NCBI GenBank assembly: GCA_041640655.1
Contig: JBEPZV010000002.1
Span: forward strand, 1-64,000
DNA: 64,000 nt
DNA from: a bacterium
Lineage (GTDB): Bacteria > Acidobacteriota > Blastocatellia > HR10
Direction of reading: 5' to 3'
The translations under genes and the position numbers were made by a program. The notes below the pieces were generated by a model. That model had not been told where the DNA came from. It did no database searches and saw nothing but the letters and a program-made list of their open reading frames with translations. Shown here one piece after another: positions 40,505 to 49,295 of this stretch (within the stretch, counting starts at the first letter, position 1; every line of letters starts with the position of its first letter).

Positions 40505-41106
40505 AGGGGCTCCCCGGAGGAGGGCGTGCCCGGACGACCGAGCGCCTTCCAGGCGAGGGGCAGAAGTCCGGCCGCGATCAGCACCTTCACCGCATCGCCC
40601 GGCAGGAAGGGCCACACGCCGAGCGCGAGCGCCCGATCCACAGGCGCGAAGCGCAACAGGCCGAACAGTCCCCCCAGGTAGATCAGGACCTGCCCGATCC
40701 CCATCGCTCCGACGGCGGTCGCCCATCGGCGATCCCATCCGCGTTCGGCCAACGCTCCGGTCACATAGGCGGCGAGAACAAATCCCCACAAGTATCCGCC
40801 CGTCGGTCCCAGCAGGTGCGCCACCCCGGCGCGCCCGCCCGCGAAGACGGGCCATCCCAAGATCCCGTATCCGAGATAGAGGAGCATCGCCAGCATCCCA
40901 CGATGAGCCCCCAGCGCGGCTCCCCCCAGCAGGACGACGAGCGTCTGCGCCGTGATCGGCACGGGCGTGAACGGTAAGGGGACGGCCACTTGCGCCGCGA
41001 GCGCGACCAGGAGGCTGACGCTCACGACGGCGAGGCCTCGAGCGATGGTCGCCTCCTCGGCCGCGAGCACATCCACCAATGTCCGTCCCGGAGCGAGCAC
41101 CGGCAT
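40501..41106 (-). CDS. bioY: Biotin ECF transporter S component
   Basis: PFTPVPITAQT, GWPVFAGG, GPTGGYLWGF, PFLPGDAVK. Confidence 0.92.
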   Translation of the reverse strand: MPVLAPGRTLVDVLAAEEATIARGLAVVSVSLLVALAAQVAVPLPFTPVPITAQTLVVLLGGAALGAHRGMLAMLLYLGYGILGWPVFAGGRAGVAHLLGPTGGYLWGFVLAAYVTGALAERGWDRRWATAVGAMGIGQVLIYLGGLFGLLRFAPVDRALALGVWPFLPGDAVKVLIAAGLLPLAWKALGRPGTPSSGEPL

Positions 41107-41131
41107 CGCACCTCACCTCCTTCTGGCTTCA

Positions 41132-41893
41132 TCATTGCGCGGAGAACCGCTCGTTGAGGGCGCGCAACCGCATAATGATAAGGACAGCGATCGGCGGCAG
41201 CAAGAGCACATTGATGAGTCCATGGCTCACGAGCAATCGCCCGTTGATCCCCAGCAGCGCATAGCGCACGAGAGAACCGAACACGAGCGCCAGCAGATAC
41301 CCCCCCACGAGGAAGGCCAGCACCGCCGTGCGCGAGAAGGGCTTCCCCGCCCTCTCCTCTTCCAAGCGCAGGAGGGAAGGCGTGATGTCATCCGGATATG
41401 CGTAGTAGTCCAGGCACGCCATGACATCGCGCACCAGCTCCCACATGCCGAGACCGAACAGCCCCAGGCAGATCGCCTTCCCCATGACGCCGAGCATCTC
41501 GAAGATCGGAGGGCGGAACAGCGCCACGAGGAACGCCGAGGCGAACAGCGAGACCGTGAGCATCACGGCCATCTGGCGAATCGTCGTCTCCTCTCGCTCT
41601 CTCCGAAGCAGCTCCTCGATGATGACCTTCACGCGCTCCTGCAAGACGGCCGCTCGTTCCCGCTGCCGCACATACTCCTCGTAATCGGCGAGCAAGCCGC
41701 GATCATAGAGGGCGCGCAGTCGCCGACTGCTCAGGACCTTGTACGCCTCCGTGATCCGCGCGAAATCCTCAGCGGCCGTCGGCGACGGATTCACGTCCGG
41801 ATGATAGAGCTTGGCCAACCGACGATAGGCCGCTTTGATCTCCCGCTCGCTCGCCTGACGCGAGACGCCCAAGAGGCGATAGAAGTCGGCCAT
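41132..41893 (-). CDS. DnaJ-domain membrane protein
   Basis: N-terminal J domain with HPD; four C-terminal TM helices. Confidence 0.88.
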   Translation of the reverse strand: MADFYRLLGVSRQASEREIKAAYRRLAKLYHPDVNPSPTAAEDFARITEAYKVLSSRRLRALYDRGLLADYEEYVRQRERAAVLQERVKVIIEELLRREREETTIRQMAVMLTVSLFASAFLVALFRPPIFEMLGVMGKAICLGLFGLGMWELVRDVMACLDYYAYPDDITPSLLRLEEERAGKPFSRTAVLAFLVGGYLLALVFGSLVRYALLGINGRLLVSHGLINVLLLPPIAVLIIMRLRALNERFSAQ

Positions 41894-42095
41894 CGCCTGA
41901 TCTCCTCAGACACTTCTCCCGCGCGTTCGCCCGATCCCGCAAAAAGAGCGAGGGGCATCCGGGGCGATTCCTCTCCATCGGTCACCCTGCTCGAGATCTC
42001 GCACATGGGGTCTCAGGCGCGTACGGAGCAGAGTCCTCGCGAAGTCTCCGACGTCATCTCCCGGCAAGGAGCCTCAAATCCCACCGCGAGAGGAT

Positions 42096-43112
42096 TCAAG
42101 CCATCGTCATCCTCCGCCACCGTTCGATCAGCTGCAGCTCCTCCGCTCGACGGGCGTAATTCTCCGGCGGCGGCCCATGATATTCCCGCTCGAACCATTC
42201 GATGCTCGCCCGCATCCACTCTCTCCAGGGCGTGGACCGCCATCCCAACTCCCGTTGCGCCTTCGAGATATCCAGGATCCACGAGCGCGGGATCGAATAC
42301 GGGGAGAACACGGGGTCAATGCGCTGAGCGCGCAGCCATTGCAGCGGGATGTCCACGGTCTCCACGTTGACCCCGAAGATCTCGGCCGAGAGTTTGACGA
42401 ACTCGCGCACCGAGATGATCTCCTCTTGCGCGATGTTATACACGTGCCCGATGCTCCGCTCCTCCTCCAGGAGCCGAATGAAGGCGCGCACGACGTCCTC
42501 CGAGTAGATGAAGCGCCAATCCACGCGCCCCCCATCGGGGAGGATCAGCGGAGCCCGATCCTTGATGCGCACCCAGTAGCTGTACGCCCGCAAGGTATGA
42601 TCGCGCGGGCCGATGACGATCGGCAACCGCAGGATCGTGACCGGGAAGCCGCGCTCCCGATACGCTCGCTGCAGGACCCGCTCGGCCTGGAGTTTCCCGA
42701 ACCCATAGGCGAGCTGCGGATCCTGACGGGCTCGCGCCCGCTCGGGAAGCCGCTCGGTGTCCTCCTCCCGATACGGATTCACAAGGTCCTCAAAACAGGC
42801 ATACACAGCCGCCGTACTCGTGAAGAGGAACCGCCCGGTCCGCCCGGCGAAGATCTCCACGGCCAGACGACCCTCCTCCGCCGTGAAGCCGATGTTGTCA
42901 ATGACGACATCCCACGTCCGCGAGCCGACGGCCTCTCGCAGCGACGCCGCCTGACGACGATCCCCCACAAGATGCTCGACCGAAGGGGGCAACTGAGCGG
43001 GCGTGAGGCCGCGCGTCAGGACCGTCACCCGATGCCCTTCCGCCGCGAGCCGATGGACGAGTTGAAAGCCGAAAAAGCGCGTTCCTCCGAGAACCAGGAT
43101 TCGCATCGGCAC
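42096..43112 (-). CDS. NAD-dependent epimerase/dehydratase family protein
   Basis: ILVLGGTRFFG, YGFGK, LRLPIVIGP. Confidence 0.88.
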   Translation of the reverse strand: MPMRILVLGGTRFFGFQLVHRLAAEGHRVTVLTRGLTPAQLPPSVEHLVGDRRQAASLREAVGSRTWDVVIDNIGFTAEEGRLAVEIFAGRTGRFLFTSTAAVYACFEDLVNPYREEDTERLPERARARQDPQLAYGFGKLQAERVLQRAYRERGFPVTILRLPIVIGPRDHTLRAYSYWVRIKDRAPLILPDGGRVDWRFIYSEDVVRAFIRLLEEERSIGHVYNIAQEEIISVREFVKLSAEIFGVNVETVDIPLQWLRAQRIDPVFSPYSIPRSWILDISKAQRELGWRSTPWREWMRASIEWFEREYHGPPPENYARRAEELQLIERWRRMTMA

Positions 43113-43182
43113 GCTCCCACCGTTCTCTCGGCGCGCGAGCGCCGAATCCTCGGTGACCGAGGGGGGGAACGCCTCTGTCGAG

Positions 43183-43548
43183 TCAGCCCCGCTTGGCCGC
43201 CTTCGCGCGCTTGATGCGCTCCGCCGCCTTCGGATCCGCGTAGATCAGGATCGCGCGGAATTGGCTGTTGGTGACTGGCCCCAGGGCGTAATAGATGCCC
43301 GCCTTGCCGTACTGCTTCATGAACGCTTCGACCATCGCATGCGGGTTCTGCCCATTCCGAAAGCGCAGTCGAGCGACCAAGACCTTCCCCTCGCGTTGCT
43401 CCGGAGAGACGAGGAGACGCCCGCTCGCCAACCGCTCGCGACGGCGTTGTCGCCACCGCCGCTTCTGCTCCTGATACTTCTCCGGATTCGCCCGGATCCA
43501 CGCCTTCTTCATCTCCCGCTTCGTCTTGGCTGTCGCTGCAGTCGCCAT
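43183..43548 (-). CDS. Small highly basic hypothetical protein
   Basis: ATG at 43548 after GAGGGGAGGAG RBS; K/R-rich; fills the gap between pepA and the epimerase gene. Confidence 0.7.
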   Translation of the reverse strand: MATAATAKTKREMKKAWIRANPEKYQEQKRRWRQRRRERLASGRLLVSPEQREGKVLVARLRFRNGQNPHAMVEAFMKQYGKAGIYYALGPVTNSQFRAILIYADPKAAERIKRAKAAKRG

Positions 43549-43599
43549 ACTCCTCCCCTCACTCGAGATATTCGCGCGTCGCCGAAAGGGCACCGCCTC

Positions 43600-45120
43600 T
43601 CACTGACGATCCGAGGACTCCCCTTCGGCCGATTGGCAGACGAAGTGCGCGAGCGTCCGCACGCCCATTCCCGTCGGCCCGCTCGCCACATAGGGCTTAT
43701 TCTCATCAAGCCACGCCGTCCCGGCGATGTCCAGGTGCGCCCACGGCGTCTCTTCGGCGAACTCCTTCAGGAAATAAGCGGCCGTGATCGCCCCGGCCTT
43801 GCGCCCTCCCACGTTCTTGAGATCGGCGATCTCGCTCTTGAGCTGCTCGCGATATTCGGGGTCCAGGGGCATCGGCCAGAGTTTCTCCCCGGCCTCGCGC
43901 CCGGCGGCGATCAGCTGCTCGACCAGAGCAGAATCATTGCCGAAGACGGCCGCATACACCGACCCGAGGGCGACCACGCAGGCTCCGGTGAGCGTGGCCA
44001 GGTCTACGATCTTCTGCGCGCCGAGCCGACGCGCATAGGTGATCGTATCGGCCAAGATGAGGCGTCCCTCGGCATCCGTGTTGATCACCTCGACGGTCTT
44101 GCCGCTCAGCGTGCGGACGACGTCGCCTGGCTTCTGCGCGCGTCCGCTCGGCATGTTCTCGGTCGCCGGCACGAGGCCGAGCACTTTGACGCGGGGTCGC
44201 AACTGCGCGATCGCGCGCATGGCGCCGAGCACGGCGGCTCCCCCCGCCATGTCGTACTTCATCTGCTCCATCCCCTCGGCCGGCTTGAGCGAGAGGCCTC
44301 CGGAATCGAAGGTGATCCCCTTGCCGAGCAACGCGATCGTCGGCAGACGACTCAACAGGGCCTCATCCTCCTCGGGGACATACCGCAGGATGATCAAACG
44401 GGCCGGTTCGTCGCTTCCGCGAGCCACGCCCAAGAGCGCCCCCATGCCCAGCTCCTTCATCCGATGCTCATCGAGCACCTCGATGTCCAAACCGTATCGC
44501 GCGGCCATGTCCTGCGCCCGACGCGCCAGCTCCACCGGCGTGAGCACGCTCGCAGGCTCGTTGACGAGATTACGCGCGAAGTTCGTCGCCTTGGCCAAGA
44601 TCGTGCCGCGCTCGATCCCCCACTGCATCTCCGCTTCGGATTCCCCCTCGGCGACCAGACGCACCTCTTCGATCGTCCGCTCTTCCTTCTCCTGCGTCTT
44701 GTAGGTGCCCGGATCGAAGAGCGCGAGCAACACGCCCTCGACGGCCGCCTGCGCGCTCCTGCGCAGATCGAGCGAGGAACGCCGCACGAGGGCCATCGAG
44801 CGGATCCCCCGCTGCCGCAGGAATCGCGCCGCCGTGCCCGCCACGCGACGGATGGTCTCCGTGGTGAAGTCGGACCGCTTCCCCGCTCCCACAATGAGGA
44901 CGCGCGAGGCCGCCAACGCGCCCATCGTGGGCACGTAGAACGTCTCGCCGAACTTCCCCTTCACCTCACCGGACGCGAGCGCCGACGCGAGCACGCCGCG
45001 CAAGCGCTGATCCAGCTCGCGCAGCATCCCATCCTCAAGCGTGTCCTCTTCGAAGAGGCTGACGCAGAGGGCTTCGACATCAACCTCGAAGAATCTCCGA
45101 AAGTCCGGCTTGATGCGCAT
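43600..45120 (-). CDS. pepA: Leucyl aminopeptidase (M17)
   Basis: GKGITFDSGG, MKYDMAG, NTDAEGRL, DLATLTGA, HLDIAG. Confidence 0.96.
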   Translation of the reverse strand: MRIKPDFRRFFEVDVEALCVSLFEEDTLEDGMLRELDQRLRGVLASALASGEVKGKFGETFYVPTMGALAASRVLIVGAGKRSDFTTETIRRVAGTAARFLRQRGIRSMALVRRSSLDLRRSAQAAVEGVLLALFDPGTYKTQEKEERTIEEVRLVAEGESEAEMQWGIERGTILAKATNFARNLVNEPASVLTPVELARRAQDMAARYGLDIEVLDEHRMKELGMGALLGVARGSDEPARLIILRYVPEEDEALLSRLPTIALLGKGITFDSGGLSLKPAEGMEQMKYDMAGGAAVLGAMRAIAQLRPRVKVLGLVPATENMPSGRAQKPGDVVRTLSGKTVEVINTDAEGRLILADTITYARRLGAQKIVDLATLTGACVVALGSVYAAVFGNDSALVEQLIAAGREAGEKLWPMPLDPEYREQLKSEIADLKNVGGRKAGAITAAYFLKEFAEETPWAHLDIAGTAWLDENKPYVASGPTGMGVRTLAHFVCQSAEGESSDRQ

Positions 45121-45121
45121 A

Positions 45122-45580
45122 TCACCTCCGGTACTCCTTCAAAATGGCCTGCGTCTCCCGTTCGATCGCCTTGCGGCGCGCGGCCTCCCGCTTATCGTGA
45201 AGCTTGCGCCCGCGCGCCAACGCGATCTCGAATTTCACCCGCCCGTTCTTCAGATAGCATCGGGTCGGAACGAGGGTGAGCCCTTTCTCCTGCACCTTGC
45301 CCATCAAGCGCATGATCTCCGATTTGTGCAAGAGCAGCTTCCGCGTGCGCGTCGGATCATGATTCAACCGCCCCCCGTGCGGATACGGACTGATGTGCGC
45401 ATTGACCAACCACGCTTCGCCATTCCGAATTATAGCATAGGCGTCCTTGAGCTGAATTCGCCCCTGGCGAATGGACTTCACCTCTGTGCCCGTGAGCACG
45501 GCACCGCACTCGTAGGTCTCCAGGAGATCGTAGTTGTGGTACGCCTGCCGATTTGTGGCGATGATCTTCTCCGTCGCCAT
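45122..45580 (-). CDS. smpB: SsrA-binding protein
   Basis: NRQAYHNY, LTGTEVKSIR, RKLLLHK, GRKLHDKRE. Confidence 0.97.
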   Translation of the reverse strand: MATEKIIATNRQAYHNYDLLETYECGAVLTGTEVKSIRQGRIQLKDAYAIIRNGEAWLVNAHISPYPHGGRLNHDPTRTRKLLLHKSEIMRLMGKVQEKGLTLVPTRCYLKNGRVKFEIALARGRKLHDKREAARRKAIERETQAILKEYRR

Positions 45581-45592
45581 GGTGAGCCTCGC

Positions 45593-46606
45593 TCAGATCT
45601 CCCGCTTGAGCGGCCGCTCCATCAAAGCGGCGGCGACCTCGCGCGGGTCCCGTCCCTCGTACAAGAGGGCATGTACGCCCGCCGTGATCGGCATCTCCAC
45701 GCCGAGCCGCCGACTGAGACGGTAGACGGCGCGCGTCGTCCGCACGCCTTCGGCCACCTGACGCATGCCGGCGAGGATCTCCGGCAATTTCCGCCCTCGC
45801 CCCAGCTCGATCCCCACGCGCCGATTGCGCGAGAGCTGCCCCGTGCACGTGAGCACCAGATCGCCGAGGCCGGCCAATCCGGCCATCGTCTCGGCCCGCC
45901 CGCCGAGGGCGACGACCAGACGCGTCATCTCCGCCAAGCCACGCGTGATGAGCGCCGCGACGCTGTTGCTCCCCCAGCCCAATCCCGTGACCACCCCCGC
46001 ACCAATGGCGATGACGTTCTTCACCGCTCCCCCGAGCTCCACCCCCACGACATCCGGACTCGTGTAGATCCGAAACGATGGCCCCGAGAGCAGCCGTTGA
46101 ACCCACTGGCTGTACTCGAGCGGATACGAGGCGGCGACGACGGCCGTCGGATCGCCGCGCGCGACTTCCCGTGCGAAGCTCGGACCGGAGAGCACGACAA
46201 TTCGGGGCTCGAACTGATCGCGCAAGACCTCGCGCAAGACTTCGGACATCCGCATCTGCGTCTCCACCTCGATCCCCTTGGTCGCGCTGACAAAGAGCAT
46301 GCGCGGATGAAGGAGCGGGCGCAGGCGTTCGTACACCGCGCGACACACATGCGAGGGGAGGGCACCGATGACCACCTCCGCACCCTCCAGCGCCTCCTCA
46401 AGCGACATCGTCGCGCGCACACTCGGAGGGATCGAAAAGCCCGGCAGATAAACAGCGTTCTCGCGATGCTCGCCGATCGCCCGCGCGATCTCCGCATCAT
46501 GACTCCACAGCCGGACGGTATGTCCGCGCTGGGCCGCCAAGATCGCGAGCGCCGTCCCCCAACTGCCGGCGCCGATGATCGCGATGCGATGCGAGCCCTC
46601 GTTCAT
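45593..46606 (-). CDS. gpsA: NAD(P)H-dependent glycerol-3-phosphate dehydrogenase
   Basis: GAGSWGTALA, LSGPSFA, GGAVKNVIAI, GLGDLVLTC, SRNRR; ATGA overlap with plsY. Confidence 0.96.
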   Translation of the reverse strand: MNEGSHRIAIIGAGSWGTALAILAAQRGHTVRLWSHDAEIARAIGEHRENAVYLPGFSIPPSVRATMSLEEALEGAEVVIGALPSHVCRAVYERLRPLLHPRMLFVSATKGIEVETQMRMSEVLREVLRDQFEPRIVVLSGPSFAREVARGDPTAVVAASYPLEYSQWVQRLLSGPSFRIYTSPDVVGVELGGAVKNVIAIGAGVVTGLGWGSNSVAALITRGLAEMTRLVVALGGRAETMAGLAGLGDLVLTCTGQLSRNRRVGIELGRGRKLPEILAGMRQVAEGVRTTRAVYRLSRRLGVEMPITAGVHALLYEGRDPREVAAALMERPLKREI

Positions 46607-47238
46607 GAGAGGCGAGCCCCGAGCTTGCGCTCCGTCCCCGCCAGCAGTCGCCGGATATTCTCCCGATGCCGGAAGATGATCAATCCCCCGGTCACGGCGG
46701 CCGTCACGATCAACGGTTCGATCTCCTGCGGCGGATGGCGCAAGACCCTCCCTTCCCAGAACCAGATCCAGAAGGGGATCGAAGCGGTCGCGAAGATGGA
46801 CCCGAGCGAGACATAGCGCTTCGCATACACGACGACCGCCCACAGCGCGAGTCCCGAGACGACGGCCAGGGGAGAGAGGAGCAGATACCCCCCTGCCCCC
46901 GTTGCGACCCCCTTTCCCCCACGAAACCCGATCCAGATCGGGAAGATGTGCCCGGTGACGGCGCACGCCACCGCCCATCCCATCCACCAGGGGTCGTTCG
47001 CCGTCAGCTTCCCCGCGAAGAGCACGGCCGCCATCCCTTTCCCGATGTCCAGAAGGCCCGTGAGCACCCCTCCCTTCGCCCCGGCGATCCGACTCACGTT
47101 GGTCGCCCCGATGCTGCGACTCCCGATCGTGCGCACGTCGAGGCGATCCGTGAAGACGTACTTGACCAGCAGGTATCCGAAGGGGATCGAACCGAGAAGA
47201 TACGCGCCGATCATCCCGAACATGGAACGCATGAACAT
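46603..47238 (-). CDS. plsY: Glycerol-3-phosphate acyltransferase
   Basis: YLLGSIPFG, GATNVSR, GHIFP, GGKGVAT, RHRENIRRL. Confidence 0.95.
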   Translation of the reverse strand: MFMRSMFGMIGAYLLGSIPFGYLLVKYVFTDRLDVRTIGSRSIGATNVSRIAGAKGGVLTGLLDIGKGMAAVLFAGKLTANDPWWMGWAVACAVTGHIFPIWIGFRGGKGVATGAGGYLLLSPLAVVSGLALWAVVVYAKRYVSLGSIFATASIPFWIWFWEGRVLRHPPQEIEPLIVTAAVTGGLIIFRHRENIRRLLAGTERKLGARLS

Positions 47239-47383
47239 CGCTTCCCCCCTTTCGCGAAAGGGAAATCATATCGGATGCCTCCGACGCTGACAAGGAAGGC
47301 GCGCGCCTCCCCCTCGCGGGAGGGACGTCCTCCATCAAGCCCTTGATCGAACCGAGCGGCCTGCGCCATACTTCTGGCGGACC

Positions 47384-48205
47384 ATGGAAGGAGCGCCCTA
47401 TCTCTCCGTCATCGTTCCGGCCTTCGACGAGGCCCGTCGGATCGTGCGCTCGCTTCGAGAGATCACCGACTATCTGGAGCAACGTCCCTTCCCGAGCGAG
47501 GTGATCGTCGTGGACGATGGGTCTCGGGATGGGACGGCCCGTCTGGTCCAAGCCTTCGCCGACGCGTGGCGGAGCGAACACGTGAGCGTGCGCCTGTTGC
47601 GGAATGAGCGCAACCTCGGAAAAGGCTACAGCGTTCGCCGAGGCTTCCTGAACGCGCGCGGCGAGATCGTCCTCTTCACTGATGCCGATCTCTCCGCGCC
47701 CATCGCGGAGGTCGAGCGGCTGCTCCAGCTCATCGAGGCCGAAGGTGCGGACGTCGCCTTCGGCTCGCGCGGTCTCGATCGCCGCTTCATCCAAAAACCC
47801 CCCACGCGAGCGCGGCAGTGGGCCGGGCGGATCTTCAATCTCCTCGTGCGCCTCCTCACCGGCCTCCCGTTCAAGGACACGCAATGCGGCTTCAAGGCGT
47901 ATCGGCGCGCGCCCCTACTCCCCATCTTTCAGCACCAGCGGATTCGCGGCTTCGGATTCGACGTGGAGATCCTCTATCTGGCGCGAAAGTGCGGCTTGCG
48001 CCTTCGCGAGACGCCGGTCCTCTGGGCCCATGCGGAGGGGACGAAGGTCCGCCTCCTGCGCGATGCCTGGCGCATGGCGCTCGATCTCATACGTATTCGG
48101 GTGAACGATTGGCTGGGCCGCTATCGGCTGCCGACGGCGGCTGCTACGACCATCGCACGATGCCCGCAGGATGCGGCATTGACGCGGCCTCGCGATCTGC
48201 CGTAG
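47384..48205 (+). CDS. GT2 glycosyltransferase (dolichyl-phosphate glucosyltransferase-like)
   Basis: LSVIVPAFDE, VVDDGSRD, GKGYSVR, FTDADLS, DTQCGFK, GFDVEIL. Confidence 0.9.
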   Translation: MEGAPYLSVIVPAFDEARRIVRSLREITDYLEQRPFPSEVIVVDDGSRDGTARLVQAFADAWRSEHVSVRLLRNERNLGKGYSVRRGFLNARGEIVLFTDADLSAPIAEVERLLQLIEAEGADVAFGSRGLDRRFIQKPPTRARQWAGRIFNLLVRLLTGLPFKDTQCGFKAYRRAPLLPIFQHQRIRGFGFDVEILYLARKCGLRLRETPVLWAHAEGTKVRLLRDAWRMALDLIRIRVNDWLGRYRLPTAAATTIARCPQDAALTRPRDLP

Positions 48206-48241
48206 CATGATCCTTTCCCCGCGGGCGAGGGGATGGGCAAC

Positions 48242-49294
48242 ATGGGTGAGACCGAACGCATTCGGTTGACACAACTGAGCCACGGTGCCGGTTGAGCGTG
48301 CAAGCTCAGCCAGAAGGACCTGGTCGAGGTCCTGAGCACATTGGCGCCGGTGGACGATCCGCATGTGCTCATCGGGGTGGCGACCTCCGATGATGTGGGC
48401 GTCTATGTCCTCAACGAGGAGATGGCGCTCGTCCTCACCACGGATTTCTTCACGCCCGTTGTGGATGACCCCTATGCGTTCGGACAGATCGCCGTCGCCA
48501 ATGCCCTCAGCGATCTCTACGCCAAAGGCGTCGAGCCGCTCGTGGCGCTGAATCTCGTGGGATTCCCGGCGAAGAAACTCCCCCTTCGCCTCTTGAGCGA
48601 GATCTTGCGCGGCGGCAGTGACAAGGCGCGCGAGGCGGGCGTCGTCATCCTCGGTGGACATACGGTGGATGACCTGGAGCCGAAATACGGCCTGGCCGTG
48701 CTCGGCCTCGCGCGCCCGACGGAGATCATCCCGAATTCGGGCGCGCGCCCGGGCGACCGCTTGGTCCTGACGAAACCGCTCGGCCTGGGGATCATCACAA
48801 CGGGCATCAAGCGCGAGCGCGTCTCGCCAGAGATCGAAGCCGAAGCCATCCACGTCATGACGACGCTCAACCGCGCGGCCGCGCGCGCCATGCGGCAGAT
48901 CGGTGTGCACGCCGCGACGGACGTCACCGGATATGGACTGCTCGGCCACTTGCGCACTCTGCTTGTCGCCAGCGGCGTGAGCGCCACGATCTGGCTCTCG
49001 CGCGTTCCGGTCCTCACGGCGACCTGGGAGCTGGTCGCCGAACGCATCGTGCCCGGCGGCACGCTCACCAACCACGCCTACCTCGCGCCGTTTGTGGACT
49101 GGGCACCGGACATCTCCGAAGACGCGCAGCTGGTCCTCTGTGATGCGCAAACGTCGGGGGGAGTTCTGATCGCCGTCGCTTCGGAGAAGACGGAGGCGCT
49201 CTGCGACGCACTGCGCGAGAACGGCGCGCTCGCGGCTTCCGTCATCGGGGAGATCACCGCCGGAGCCGCAGGGCGCGTTCGCGTCCTCCCCTGA
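48242..49294 (+). CDS. selD: Selenide,water dikinase; selenoprotein with Sec at codon 18
   Basis: MGETERIRLTQLSHGAG-U(TGA 48293-48295)-ACK in frame with TTDFFTP, ANALSDLYAKG, GGHTVDD, TDVTGYGLLGH, DAQTSGG. Confidence 0.95.
48304..48337 (+). promoter_or_regulatory. Bacterial SECIS-like hairpin
   Basis: AGGACCT-GGTCG-AGGTCCT 7-bp stem; G-initiated loop 27 nt after the UGA; lower GCTC/GAGC pairing. Confidence 0.75.
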
Positions 49295-49295
49295 T

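Noticed and set aside
36764..41116. 1450-aa SMC with a long N-terminal extension
   Set aside because: The extension is an open frame overlapping bioY; the true start is ATG 40426 with its own promoter and RBS
45593..47884. 763-aa gpsA fusion ORF
   Set aside because: The upstream part overlaps plsY and the opposite-strand GT2 gene; gpsA starts at 46606 with an ATGA overlap
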